64,000 nt of DNA from Monocercomonoides exilis PA203 (lineage: Eukaryota; Protista; Preaxostyla): positions 186,001-250,000 of the forward strand of contig LSRY02000043.1 in NCBI GenBank assembly GCA_001643675.2, read 5' to 3'. Made by a program: the position numbers and the translations under genes. How positions within the stretch are numbered: position 1 is the first letter of the stretch; every line of letters starts with the position of its first letter. Under the pieces are notes generated by a model. It was not told the origin of the DNA and did not search any database. It saw only the letters and a program-made list of their open reading frames with translations. Of this stretch, positions 1 through 13,200 are shown in pieces.

Positions 1-1452
1 AGATGAGCTGGCTGAGTTGGGAAAATGCAAAGATGAAGATATTTGTTTGTTAACCCTTGCATATTTACGAGCAGTGACAATTGATTACGGTATGATATTC
101 TATTGCCTCCTTCATGTTAATCAAATATTTAAAAATTATACCCAGGAGCAACGCCATACATTGGGGAATATGAGCCAGCAAAAATTGGTGAATGGTTATA
201 TGGTCTTCTATCCAACAGCATTCCTTCAGTAATTATGGAAGCACTGGAGATAGTGAAAGAATTGTCTACACTTAAAATTATATTGGACCTGAGCGATGGT
301 TCAAATTATAACAATCTTATAACAATCGATTCATTTATTCCAGTTCCAAATCCGAATGATTCTTCACAAACATTTCCTGAGTTGTCCAATGGCAATTCTT
401 CTTGTTGGACTCCTCCTGTGTACTTGCGCGGCCCGGTTTGCTCAATTGCAATAAAAGCATTTGAATGTTTGCAGAGTCTAGCTTCCTATCACAGAAAGGC
501 ATTTGATTATTTGTTCAGGAAACTGGATGATGTTATTGAGAAAGTGCTTGGGTATTTGCTTGGAAATTGGACAGAAGATGATTGGAAGGCGATTTTCTCG
601 GGAAGCAAGTTTTTTGATGAAAGTTGGGATGATATTTACTCTTCTGGTGAAGTGAACTTCCAGCAAATGGCAGACGGACTATTTTGCGAAGAGGAAAGCA
701 TTCAAGCAATGATAACAACATTTCAATTGTGTGCAGTTAAATGCGTCGGTGATTGGCTTGGAAGCCAAGCTTACGAGTCAATTACACGACTCATGAAAAG
801 AGATGTGATGTGCAGAATAGCTTCGCTGCTGTGCGATGCAACAAATGACAAGTTAAAGTTGGAGGCTGCAGATGCGCTGATAGGCGGATGGGCTTCATTG
901 TCCTCTGTTGCACAGATACAATCGCTTTGCAGGAAAGGCCCGAGTAACAATATGATTGGAAATAAACGTCTTCCTCAGCCTTTGCGCAAGGAATTGACAG
1001 CTATGTTGAGAGAAGTTTGCGAAGAAGAAGGAGTGTTGGACGTTTTGCACGCACAAATGGCGCCATATGTTTCAGAACGAAAATGGATAGCCAAAAATGA
1101 AGAACATATTAAACGAAGGTTAGAAGCAAAATGTGATCCAAGAATATGCATGGTTTGTGCGATGTATGAAAACAAAGATCCAGAAAAAACGAAAGCAGAA
1201 CAACTTGTCAAAGAAGAAAAGGAAGAAGAAGAAGAAAAGGAAGAAGAAGAAGAAGAAGAAGAAGAAATGTGGACGAAGAGCCCAAACAATGAGAGTTATG
1301 AGCAGCTTATAGAATGCATAAGTGCAGGTGGCATGTCCTCAAATGAGTACGTGAAATGTAAATATTCGTTTTCAAATAATTGGAGAGATGACGAAAGAGG
1401 TGAAGAATGCGAAGATGATAATGAAGAAGAAGAATGCGAAGAAGAAATGTAG
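1..1452 (+). CDS. Uncharacterised helical protein with acidic tail; 5' end lies outside the window
   Basis: 405-aa ORF 235..1452. A GT-AG intron at 90..145 joins it in frame to an upstream exon (…VTIDY-G-ATPYIGEYEPAK…VIMEALE) that runs off the window start. Confidence 0.7.
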
Positions 1453-2589
1453 TTGAAAGAAAGATATTAAATGATTCTGCAATATATCCAAGATGAAAAT
1501 AAAAATGAGAATTCTTCAAAGAAAATGTTTCAATCCCACATTGTTTGCATTGACTTACTGAATTATTTTATTTGGAATAAACTTCTTTTAATTGTAAATC
1601 CTTCAATTAGGCTGATATGTTTCCATTTTGATATTTTTTTTGTAATTTATCATTTTTTGAAATGGCTAAAGAGAGAGAGAGAGATTGCCTGGCATTTCTG
1701 TTTTTGAAATGAGTGAAAATCGTTATGATTTAAAGACTCTTTCGAAACGCAAGCTATTCTTATGAGAAATAACCAACATTTCTTTCTTTCTTTCTTTTCT
1801 TTCAATTTTCGCTTTATGCTATTCATTATATGTGTACGTTTTTATTTACTGTTTGTTTTGAATTTTCATGAAAATTTAACCAGAAAAACTTTACAAACAT
1901 GTTTTGCATGCAATTTTTTAAATCAATAATTAGAGTCAATAATATTCAAAATATTGCTTTTGCTTCCTGAAATATTCCAGATGGTTTGCTTTATCATCAC
2001 TTAGTTCGATTATGAACAATTTTAATCTCATTGAAATTAACTGATAAACGGTATTCAATCAACCTTTCATTTTAGTAAGTTCTTTGCAACATGTAATTTC
2101 TTCAAAGAAATAAACCTTCAAATAATCATGAACAGAACAATTTTATTCGGAAATTACCATATATCTCCGATAAAATCTATTAGAATGCTCCTCCACACTT
2201 TTGTTAAACGATAATAACATAATTATTGTTGTGAGAATAAACGATATTCTTTCAGGCCTTTAGAACTTTCGAAAAATCATCAACGTTGACAAAGGATATC
2301 CTGCAAAAAGATCCACAGACCTAACGCTTGAAATCAATAATCGGTGCTGTTCTTTCAAATGATGAATATCAACTTACAGGAAAAAGACTCGTTCAATCTT
2401 CAGTAATTGATGATTACAATTCAAATAAAAGAAGTTGATTCATCAGCTGGTTGTTTCAATGAAAAATTCGCTTTCAAATCAATTGCAATAAAAACTCAAA
2501 TAAGTGACATTTCAAAACGGAATGCATCAATCAAATAAAAATGCTCTTTCAAAAGAATTGAAATTATTGACAAATAAGAAAACTCATCT

Positions 2590-2787
2590 TTGCATATCAC
2601 AGGGTGCTCAGCCAACACAATCCAAGCAGCCAGCCAACACCCATTCGCAATGTGCACACAACTCCAATTCTTCTATGTTTCCTCAATTCCTGGCAGTTGC
2701 CAACATAATCGAAACTCGTTCAATCTTCAGCAAGCTCACATTCTCACATCTCTCCACAAGCTCAACAACCTCTGAGAAGCATGCTCT
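2590..2787. repeat. 198-bp dispersed repeat, copy 1
   Basis: Aligns without gaps to 41082..41279 in the same orientation; 11 mismatches by manual count (~94% identity). Confidence 0.92.
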
Positions 2788-3510
2788 TCCAAGTTTCTCG
2801 TTGACTCATTTGGTTCAATCCATTCAGTGTTGGCCAATGCGTGTCTTGCCTGATGCTTTTTTTGCAAATATCGAATTAAAACATGAAAACAAGGTGGAAT
2901 ATCTGATCCCACAAGCAATCCTTCTTTCAAGCACATTTGTCGAATGACATGCAACACAGTTGCCATAAGCACTTTCCTCTGTGCATATAACAGCCTTTCC
3001 CTCTTTTGCGAAAATTTTTCGAGTTTTATTGGAAAAATTGCAGCTCTGCTCTTCTTCGGCATTGCATGCTCCATGACGAAGAACGCTCTCAAAAACACAA
3101 ATAAGGAAATCTGAAAAGCAAGAATGCAAAAGGATCAATAATGCAGAAATACAAGGATCTACAGCACTTTTTATGAGTTGCCTTTTTTTTCAGAACAAAA
3201 TATCGAGTCTGGGATGCTCAACAACCCAAAGCTCAGGAGAAGAGAAACTTCCATTTTCCAAGAAATTGACGTTGTTGTTCTGTGCAAATACCTTTATGAA
3301 TACCCATCAACAACTGCAACACATCTGCTTCTGAAAATCTTAAAGGCCAACAAGGCTGTATGTACAGTCAAATTCACAAATAGCATTTGCGTTTCAATTT
3401 CTTTGGCTTTTTTGTCTCTTGTCTCTTTATTAAGATAAAACATTTCACATTCTTTTGGATAGAATTCAACTTCATTTTTCTCATTCCCTTTGCAAAAATA
3501 CAACAACAAT
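2590..3510 (-). pseudogene. Degenerate relic of the receptor-pseudokinase C-terminus (same family as 41293..49218)
   Basis: Broken minus-strand fragments (KEIETQMLFVNLTVHTALLAF; ILLHSCFSD; KLGRACFSEVVELVERC) resemble the kinase-like tail of 41293..43155 (QTAAQILFWVANGALHSF; IALHSDCS; RVCESSVRELVGRC). Many stops and frameshifts. Confidence 0.45.
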
Positions 3511-3793
3511 TAATTCATATTTATGTTGCCTTCGTCTCTTCTGTGTGAGCTTTGCTGATTGCTCTGTTGAGATTCATTCATTATTGGAAAAGATTGCACA
3601 CTTCGAATCATCAGATATCAACAATTTCTTCAGCATTTTTCAATGTGGATGCGTTCAAAGAACGGGATTGCTAACCACTGAATTTCGATGTGGAGATGGA
3701 TTCTTTCGCTGATGAACTGATGATTTTGTAGATCAGAATGCATAAACAAAATTCTTTTAATGAAAAAATAAAAAAATCTGGATAATTTGCTTC

Positions 3794-6382
3794 ATGGACG
3801 GAAACAGCGACAACAATCTGCACACAAAGGTATTTATTTTTGTTTTTTCTGGGTTAGTGCATTTTCTTGACATTTTGAATTTTGTGATTCGCTTGGCTGT
3901 GAATCTTGAATATAATTATTTTGCTGTTGGCTACCAGGAGGAACGTCGCACAGTGCCATCTCCCCGATGCTTCAATACAAGTTCTGGGTCATGTGGAGCG
4001 AGAACAGCATTCATGGTCAGCAGCAAGGCGGATGCCGAGCAGTATTTTCCAACAGGGAAATATTCGGGCCATGCGTCAAAGCACCATTCTTCAATACCTT
4101 TTCAGACGCAGTTGCAGAGCTACACGTGTAGCAGTGAGGGTTATTCTGGTTCATCTTCCAGTTCGAGCGAGCGGCCTCCGTTTGGCAGAAATGTTTCGAG
4201 TGTTCCATTCTATTTTCCTTTTTCCAAAGAAAGCATCTCACTGCACAGCATTTTCAGTGTGGCTCATGCGCAGAGTGACTGCAAAGGAGATGAAGACATG
4301 GAAAAATCACCTATCTGGTTCAGCGAATGCTCAAAGAAGGAATATGCTTCCAGCTTTCCAGGCTCAGCAACAAGCCGGCTTCTGGAACAAATTGGCGGAG
4401 CACGTACAGGCTGGAAAACAAGGGCAGAAGACGAAAAGTTGTCTGGCTCTTGTGGAAAGAAGGACAAAAGCGCTTTTTCAGGAACCGGAACAAGCAATGA
4501 AACGAGAGAGAGAAATGAGATTCCTGCTGAAGAAACTACCAGAACCAAGTTTCTGAGTCCAATTCCAAAAGAAGAGGCGATCTCCACAAACTCCGAAGCA
4601 ACGACGCATTTGGATGAAGGAGAAGAGATCGAAACAGAAACAATAAAAGAAATCAACCACACAGCAGTGCCAAGGGAATCGACAGAACTGGCGGTGATTA
4701 AGATGGAGCTGCTGGGGCGGTGGAAGCATGATGACGAGGCGATCGAGCAGAAAATGCACGAGCTGCTGGCTGAAATGGAGAAGGTTGAAAAAGGAGGAGA
4801 TGGAAGAGAAAGAGCACAAAAGAGAGGAAAGAGAAGAGAAAAGGATGAAAGAGGGATGAACGATGAGGCAAATGAAAGTGAGGTGGGGAGGACAAGTGAT
4901 GACCATTCAGAAACAGATTGGAGCGAAAAGCAGGATGAGGAGGAAGAAAAGAGGAACGGAGCGAAAGGAATGCAGGAATTGGTGAAAAAGGAGAGGAAGC
5001 TGAAAAAGAAGCAGATGAAGCTTATCCGCTCGCAGATCAAAGAGGCGAAGCGGCTGTGGAAGAACAGCAGGATATGGGTGGAGAAAGAGTTGGCGACGAG
5101 TGAGGAGGAGATGGAGATGTGGCGGGAAGCAAAGGAGGCAGTGGCAGAAAAGGAAAGAAGGGTGCAAGAGAGGCTTGTGCAAGTGGATGAAGCGGAGAAG
5201 GCAACAGACGAGGAGCTGGGGCAGATGGCACGGATGGCTGAAGAACCAACAGAATGGGCAGAATTCTTAGCTCATCGGGAGCAGAAGCGTGTGGAAAAGG
5301 AGCAATTGCTGGAGATGGGCTATCTGCAGCGGTACGAGCTCGAAAAGGAGCGGCACAAGGACAGGCGGTGGGGCATCACAGGAAGGAGGAGACTGGCAGG
5401 AGGAGCAGACGCAATGGAGGAAGAGGAGTCTGTGCTATCATCTCCTGTTTCATTTTCGCCTTCTTTGCATTCAGCAGCACTGGCTGATCCTTCGCCTCCT
5501 GCTTTTGCATTTGCACCTGCTCCATCCCTGATCAACGAGTCTCCTTTGTATTCTTTGTCACCTTCCTTGCAACAGAACAGCATGCATGCACAGTTGAGCC
5601 AGTTTCCTGCAGATCTGCTGGTTGGAGGGATTGATTCATTTTTGGGAAAGCAGCAGAACAGAACCAAAGAATTGCCTGCAGAGAATGACGAGGAGTATCA
5701 GCCGATGTGTGAAGCATCTGCTGAACCAAACAACTGGGGTAATGTTGCCTTAACTTCGGATGCATTGGGCCAGTTTGGTGCGAGCATCGAACAGACAGGC
5801 AGTTGGAAGGGAAAAGAGCAAGAGAAGGAGCAAGAGAAGGAGATTGACGAGGCAGATATCCCATCGCCACCTTGTTCGCCTCCACCATCTGCTTTGCCGA
5901 AATGGGACGACGATGTTTGGCATGCAGGCACAGTGGCATCAGCATTTGAAAGTGATGTTTCATCCTCGGCTCATTCAACAGTGGGGCTACAGATGACGAC
6001 TGGAGAGTTGAGCAGTGCGTGTTCCATGCTTCCAGCGAAATGTGAAGACAGGCTTTATCCTCCATCTCACGACCAGCAACGCCTGGCAGAGAATGCTTCC
6101 TGGCAACAGACTTCTTCTTCAGCCTGGCTGTCCGGCAGCTGTACAGAATCGTATGGACTGTTGCCCTGCTTCGGCGAGGAGGGGGCACATTGGAGGAGCG
6201 ATGCATTGGCAAAACAGACAAGGGCGCACAGAATGTATGCCTCGCCTGTGACATTCAAAGGAGTACCAAAGCCGAAGCCTGATGTACCATTTGAGCCTGT
6301 GTTCAAGCCAGGGTGGAACAGCTGCACGGAGCAGACAGCGCGTTTTCGGCTGTTTGGGGCAGAAAAGAAAACAGCCCCATAA
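3794..6382 (+). CDS. Uncharacterised coiled-coil protein, paralog A
   Basis: 862-aa ORF with a probable in-frame intron at 3830..3937 (GTATTT…CCAG). Shares a ~100-aa charged, Trp-containing block with the downstream gene. Confidence 0.75.
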   Translation: MDGNSDNNLHTKVFIFVFSGLVHFLDILNFVIRLAVNLEYNYFAVGYQEERRTVPSPRCFNTSSGSCGARTAFMVSSKADAEQYFPTGKYSGHASKHHSSIPFQTQLQSYTCSSEGYSGSSSSSSERPPFGRNVSSVPFYFPFSKESISLHSIFSVAHAQSDCKGDEDMEKSPIWFSECSKKEYASSFPGSATSRLLEQIGGARTGWKTRAEDEKLSGSCGKKDKSAFSGTGTSNETRERNEIPAEETTRTKFLSPIPKEEAISTNSEATTHLDEGEEIETETIKEINHTAVPRESTELAVIKMELLGRWKHDDEAIEQKMHELLAEMEKVEKGGDGRERAQKRGKRREKDERGMNDEANESEVGRTSDDHSETDWSEKQDEEEEKRNGAKGMQELVKKERKLKKKQMKLIRSQIKEAKRLWKNSRIWVEKELATSEEEMEMWREAKEAVAEKERRVQERLVQVDEAEKATDEELGQMARMAEEPTEWAEFLAHREQKRVEKEQLLEMGYLQRYELEKERHKDRRWGITGRRRLAGGADAMEEEESVLSSPVSFSPSLHSAALADPSPPAFAFAPAPSLINESPLYSLSPSLQQNSMHAQLSQFPADLLVGGIDSFLGKQQNRTKELPAENDEEYQPMCEASAEPNNWGNVALTSDALGQFGASIEQTGSWKGKEQEKEQEKEIDEADIPSPPCSPPPSALPKWDDDVWHAGTVASAFESDVSSSAHSTVGLQMTTGELSSACSMLPAKCEDRLYPPSHDQQRLAENASWQQTSSSAWLSGSCTESYGLLPCFGEEGAHWRSDALAKQTRAHRMYASPVTFKGVPKPKPDVPFEPVFKPGWNSCTEQTARFRLFGAEKKTAP

Positions 6383-6605
6383 GATAATTGTGTGGGCACA
6401 AAAAAATAAAATATTCTGTTTTTTTCTGTTTTCACATCATTCAAGGCTTTTCAAAATACGCTTCATTCTTTGAGCAATTACCTTTAATTGCTGTTTGCTT
6501 GCACTTTCTTTTTTCTTCTTTTTGGACGACTGCAAAAGCGTCGAGACGAATTGTGTTTCAGCAGGAATTATTGAGAAAAACAGGAACAGAACTGCCCCGT
6601 GGCCA

Positions 6606-8613
6606 ATGGGTATGGAATGATTTGTCGAACGTTTTGTTGTTGGATTAAGTGTTTTTATGTGTTTTGCCAGAGACGCAGAGAGCGTTCAATGTTTCAGAAA
6701 GTTCTGAATGGAAAACAGCATTTTTGTCGAGTGCATCGAGCGAGGCTGCATCTGGCGATATGGAGGATAAAATGAACACCTCCCACAGATTTTATTGGGA
6801 CAACGCACTTTTCTGTTCGACAGCGTCATGCAACTCCAAAAAGGCTGAAATTTCATCAGAAGACGAGTTAGACCAAAACGTAGTTATTGAGAGCAAAGGA
6901 GAGGGAAAATCGTACGTCAGCTCTACAGCTTCAATAACGCCAACAGAGTTGAAAGCGGGCAAGCATTTGCCTGAAGCATCTGTTTTTGAGGATTCTATTA
7001 CGCTTGACTCATCGAGTTATCATTCGAAATGCACTGGCTTATTGGGTCATAACTTCTGGGAATCACCGTTTTTACAACGCGTGGATGCGTGTACAAACAG
7101 AAAGTCAGGAGAATCGAGTACCACGCAAAAAACGGCTTTGCTTGAGCTGCCATTTTTGAGCAATGATGGATTAGCAATAGAAAAGCGCTGCAATTGCTGT
7201 GCTGTCGGAGCGAAAAATAAGGAGCAGAAAGGGAGAAAGGAGAGCGAAACAGAAAAAGATGCACACAAGCAATGGAGCTGCGATGAAAGGGAGGCAGAGA
7301 CAGACAGCAGCGAAAGTGATTGGAGCTCTGATGGGCTGGAAGGGAAGCTGAGGAAAAAGAGCCAGCTGAGCGGGACTCCAACATACAACGTCGAAGGGGA
7401 GTGTCTGGAGGAGGTTGGAAGGCGGGGGCGGATGGTGGCGAGGTGGCGGGACAGTGATGCCGAATATGAAAGGCAGAAGCAGCAGAACGAAGAGTGGTGG
7501 AGAGCGGCCAACGATACCTCAGCTGCTTCTTCGATTGGAATTGGGGTGGGAGGCGGGAGGGTGGAAGAGGAGGAGAAGAGACAGCTGATGAGAGAAGAAA
7601 AACTGGAACGGAAAAGGAGGAAGCGGATCCGGAAGGAGATCAAAGAGGCGAAGGAACACTGGAAGAGGTTTGGGGTGTGGGTGAGGAAAGCGTGGGTGGA
7701 AGAAGAGGAAGAGGCAAAGATGTGGAGCGATGCAGAAGCAAGGTTGGAGGAAAAGGAGGCACAGCAAGCACTGGAAAGAACGCTGGTGGAATGCCAGACT
7801 GAGGAGGAGCTTTCGAGCAAATTGTTGGGGGTGGAAGATGCGGAGAAGCACAAGACGAACAACATGTTGGTAGATCGAGAAGCAGAAGGGGGCATTTTGA
7901 GCTCGAATGATGTAAATGAAGGGAAAGGGAAAGCTGTCGATTTCAGCGAAGAGAGCGAATATGCGAGATCAATATTCGATAGCAGGCAGAGTGTTGACTT
8001 TGCAAATCCGTTTTGCAGCAATGCTGCAGAAATTGAAAAAGAAGAAGAAGAAGAAGAAGAAGAAGAAGGATCAGACAAGAAACATGAAGGAAATCAGAGA
8101 ATTGGAGAGACCTTTCACTTTCCCAATCCAAAACAGGATTTTCTATGCGGCAAAGATGAGTCGGAGATGGGGAACAGCAGAGCTTTGACGGATCATCTGC
8201 ATCAAGCTGGCGTTTCTGTGATGCCATTGCGAAATGCTTGCTGCTGTGTAGCACAGCCAAATGGCCAACTCCATTTGGTTGATGGTGCTGCGCAGAATTC
8301 CATTGCTGGTGCAAGTGCAATTCCTGAAACTTGCTCTTTTCCAGCAGCTGTGCTGTGCCTGTGCGAAGGCGATGCAGAAAGAGTAATCCTGTCCGAATCC
8401 ACTGCTTTTTGCAACCAGCCAGCGTCTGCTTCGGCAGAAGGCGAGGAAATAAAGCGATATCCTCCTTCAGACAATGCAGAGCTGAACAAGATTCTCTCGC
8501 GAATTCAGGCAGCTGGTATTCATGTTCGGCCGCAGAAACTTCCACCGCTGCTTCCAGCGCCTCAGATCTGTTCGATTCCTCCTTTGAAACAGACAGCAAC
8601 ACAGCTGCAGTGA
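6606..8613 (+). CDS. Uncharacterised coiled-coil protein, paralog B
   Basis: ORF 6649..8613. ATGG at 6606..6609 plus intron 6610..6670 (GTATGG…GCCAG) gives an in-frame start M-E-T-Q-R-A-F. Shares the RW-x-D…KEAK-x-W…W-V…MW block with paralog A. Confidence 0.72.
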
Positions 8614-9493
8614 AGAGTCGGATTGGACATGTGCTTTTGCCAGTGCTTTTGTGAGATTTCATTGTTTTCTCGCTGATGAATGAATCTTTCTTGAAAGTGT
8701 TGATAAGGCAACTGATGTTATATTCAGAACACATTCTCTTTCCCAAATCAGCAGAACAACTTTTTGAAGAAGATCCTGCGAAGGGTTGGATTGATGATTT
8801 GGGAAAGCTGCAGATGCCATGTGTTATTTCTGCTGACAGCTCTCGCTTTTATTCATTCTGAAAGCTGTTTTCTAAAAGATAATGTGTTTCTTTTGCAAGA
8901 TCTTGGCTAACTTGTTTCAGAAATTTGGTTAAAACCGTTTGCTTCGGATTTATAAAGAGTTCTAGCGATTAAATGCAAATTTTTTATTTTTTTTCAAAAA
9001 TACTTTGAATATTCCAGTTTTAATCATAATTTTTAGAGTAAGAATTACACTTTTTTTCCAATTTGGCTTTGCAGAACATTTGGGATAACATTGCTTTCAA
9101 TAACTTTTGACATGATTTATTTCAATTTATTTTTTTGAAATAGAACAGTTTTTCGTGAATCATTGTTCTTTTGCCCATTCTTTAAATTGATATATTTCTT
9201 TTTTAAAAAAGTTGAAAAGGAGCACCAGAAAATTCAATTTTTATCTTAGCTAAAATTTGCGACATCTCATAAGATTTAATTTTCACATATTAGGAGAAAT
9301 TATATTTTTGCTAAACAAAAGACAGATTTATTTTGATAATCAAATTTTTTTCTCGAAATAAAAGAGAAAAATTTTAAATCCTTTCAGAAACATGTTTGAA
9401 TCTCCTTTCATTTTTTACAGTTGCTAAAATTGTATTTCATTGTACATTTTATGAAATATTCTTCAAATTTTATTATTTTTAATATTTGCAGAG

Positions 9494-10244
9494 ATGGAAG
9501 CGCTTTCTCGTGTTGATGCAGTTATTGCCGAAGCTGAGGCACTTAAGGCATCTCTCAGACAGCAAAGGGGTCAGCTTTCGCGGATTAAAAACGACGAAAG
9601 ACATTTTTCTCCTGAAAAGAAACAAGATAATTTTTTAATTCAAAATGAAGGTATTTATTTACTCAATTCTCACTGAATCTAAATTCAATTTCAACTCAGA
9701 TAAAACTTTAAATAGTTTTGATCCCACATATTCAGAGGCAAAAAAATTATTTTCACCTTCTGGAGTTTCATTTGTGTTTGGTGGACGTTCTTCTTCAAAT
9801 AATAAATACGCAGCAGGAACAATAAATAAATTGAACGATCAACAAAAATTTAATTTTGAGAATGCAAAATTTGAAAATAATCCTTCATCAATTACAAAAT
9901 CATATTTTCAAGAACAAATGTCTACCAGTCAAACTCCTTCTCATTTTTCATTTTCTCCTCAATCAGTTGCTTATCCTCCATTACTAACATCAATGTCCTC
10001 ACCTACAAAATTTGTAAAGGTTGTTTTAAACCAGGGAATTAGTGTTCAACCTTCACCTTCTTTTATTCCTCAGCAATTCACACAAACAATAACAAAGAAT
10101 TCCAGTCCAACTTCATCACATCTATTGAATTTAAGGAGTGGAACAAGTGCACAACAAAGAATGTTTTTAGAAACAAAGGAAGCAGTTACAAAAGAGGAGG
10201 AAGAGGAGGAAGAGGAAGTCGAAGAGGAAGAAGAGGAAGAAGAA

Positions 10245-10276
<32 letters not shown>

Positions 10277-13200
10277 TATAAAGCCTGATACAAACGAGAA
10301 GGCATTAGGAAAAATTACAGTGAATCAACCTATTGATCGTCCTCCTTACTTGAACGCAGACGAAACGAGACCAGAAAGCTCAACCAAAATTCAGACTTTT
10401 TCGCATCAGCCTGAGGCTGCAATGGATGACAAAGGAAGAGAAAAGATAGGTTTCCCAACTTCAGCATTGACGTCTTTCAGAGAAGAAGAAAGAAATTTCC
10501 CGGCAAAATCAGATTATGTAGAGCGCGATGGCGATTTCAATTCCAGTCATTTTTCTCAAATGAAGCCAGCTGCATTGTCAAATGATGTCGGAGCCAGAAT
10601 CGAACCACCAACACAAATGAAATATGAATATTATCCGAACTCAAAGGAAATGAACCAAAATAATTCAGCTGCTTTTCCGTTTGGCGATCGCGATAAAGTA
10701 CCAGAAAGAAAGACCGATTCATACAACAAAGGAACTGCAATGACTCAATTTCCGAATGAAGGATTTCATATTAGCGATGCATGGCAGGCAGCCACATACG
10801 GCAAAGCAACACAGCTGACACCACGGAGCCTCAAGTCTGCAGTGTCCACGCCACACTCACCGTCGATGTGCTCTGTCACATCAGCAGTGTGGGAAGAGCT
10901 GTGGAAGGAAGATGTGAACTGTCTGCGGGCGATGGGGCTGAGCGAGGAGCGTATAAGAGAAAAAGAGAGAGCAAGAGCAGAAGAAAAATGGAAGGAAAGA
11001 GAAGAGCTGAGGGAGATGGCGAGATGGGTGGAAGAGGAGAAGAGAAGAGAGGCTGAGAGAAGACTTGCTCAAAATGAGATAAAAAGACAAAATGAAGACA
11101 AAATTGATGAGAAAGTCGGCTTAGAAGAAGAAAAAAATGTTAAAAGTTATTCTATTACCAATAAAGAAAGAGACAACTATAATTTTGAGAAAGAGCTCGA
11201 AGATAAAGCAATCATAGCTGAATTCGAAAGAGCCAACGAAGTTGGGCTTTTGGCAACAGACACACCAAAGCAAGCAAATACATTTGCAGTGAACCAAGGA
11301 AGAGAATCAGTTAAAACAGCACAAGCAGTTTTTTCAGAAGGAATGCTCAATCAAAATCCTATCCTTCAAGCTGAAGCGTATATTCAAGGAAGCATTACAA
11401 ACGATACTGCAAAAGTGATAGGCGCACGCTATTTTTCGGAAAATGTTGAGGCAGATGCTTCATATGTCAGAGCAACTCCAGATTTAGTGAGGCAAAGTTC
11501 GTATGATGCTGATTCCTCCACACTCATTTTATCAGCCCCTCGGCTGCTGGGACAGCCTGAGCCTGTGGCATCGCTCCGAATGAAATACACTCCAAACATC
11601 TCAAAGGAATTGGCAGTTCCCGCTCCTTCATTGCTTTCTGAACAAAAACGAGAATACTCGAATGGAAATTCGCAGAATCTTACATCGCCTTCGTTGCTGC
11701 AGTCTTCTCAAATGCCAACAACCAAAACAGTTCCAATGAAAGAAACTTATTCACTCACCCAGGAACGCCAAACACTTCACCCACAGTTATCTCATCTCTC
11801 CTCTCTTGCATTGGAATCTCCTCTTCGGCCGTTTGCTAATGTTGCACCAGATAACACACTTACATCACCATCCACAAAAACAGGCACTTTTCAACAATTG
11901 ACTTCTTCTCCAGCAAAACAAATAGAAAGCCAGCAAGATAATCCTTCTGCACAACCTTCTTTTGTTGGACAACCCACATTACCACCACAAGAGGAAACAA
12001 TCGGAAGAAAAGAACTTGAAGCAGATAAGTCTTCAATCCACGATATTGAAGGCTCAGCAAATATTTCCGAGTCGACGATAATGTATACACCTCCACGAAT
12101 GATTTTGTCGAGCGACCAAACAGAAACTCTGAAAGTTGAGGCGCCTCTGCCTCAGACCCTTCTCGTGAAGACGCTAACAAACTCGCCAACTGCAAGTAAT
12201 TCTAATGTTGTTTCTGGGAATGCGGAAGAGAATGATTTGAAGAGCGCGAAAAAAGAAGATAGAGCAAAGGAACAAGAGAGCAACGAGCCTCCAAGCGACA
12301 CAGAATATGAAGCAGATATCAAAACTCTCCTTCAACAAAAGTCTGGTGAAAATAAACAGAACGACGCTCAACAAAAGGAGAATGCTCAAATTGAATATAA
12401 TAGAGCACCAAATGAAGCAGAAAATGCAGATAATGTTACAGCAGTTGTGACTGAAACAGCAAAGAAGGAGTCAAAAAAGAAAGAGAGAAAAGTTAAGCCA
12501 ATTTTGGCTGATTTGTCTGTACCCCTTTCTGTTTCCTTCAGAGTTGACAAAGAACCAGAAATTGTTCAGTCACTACCTTCAACCCAGAATGCTGCAAAAC
12601 TCAACCAACAAATGACGGATGGAGTAAACTCAGTGCAAGCTGAGAAACACACGAGCCCTTCTGGTGGATTTGAAGGACAGCTTCCAGTCTCCTCTTCGTT
12701 TCAGAAGTACGAGCCGAGGTCACCTCGAATGAAGAAAGAGAATTATGGGAAATCAGACTTTACTCTAAACACTGAAATAAAAGCCGAAACATCCTCGAAA
12801 GAACTAAAAGAGCAATCACCAAAACAAGAATTGGATGAACAAGAAAGAAATATAACTACAGATAATAGAGATTTAATGAGAACCGCACCAGCAAATCAAT
12901 CAAACGTTCAAGAGAAGAAAAAGAAGAAGAAAAAGAAGAAAAAGCGTGCTGTTTCCCAACCGGAAAACGAAGGAAATGAATCAAACGAGAAGCCTTCTGC
13001 AGCTCATCGAAAACGCCTCAAAAGAAATAAAACGACAGATCCTGATCAGAATCAGAAGGAGCAAAAGATGAGAAGAAAGGAGAAAAGACAGGAAATGCAG
13101 AGAAGAAACAGAGAACGCTCAGCTGATTGGGCAATGGAACGAAGAATAAGAAGACCACAACAGCAATTTGAAGAACCATTGTTCGATGAAAGAAATTACC

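Noticed and set aside
1700-2500. Coding-like fragments in the AT-rich interval (e.g. LTKDILQKDPQ…GAVLSNDEYQLTGKRLVQS)
   Set aside because: Too fragmentary to assign; may be a relic but cannot be supported.
2504-2947. Plus-strand 147-aa ORF and the 61-aa ORF pair 2590..2775 / 41082..41267 as real small genes
   Set aside because: Non-ATG starts and no motif; the similarity is explained by the 198-bp repeat, whose protein-like signal is on the minus strand.
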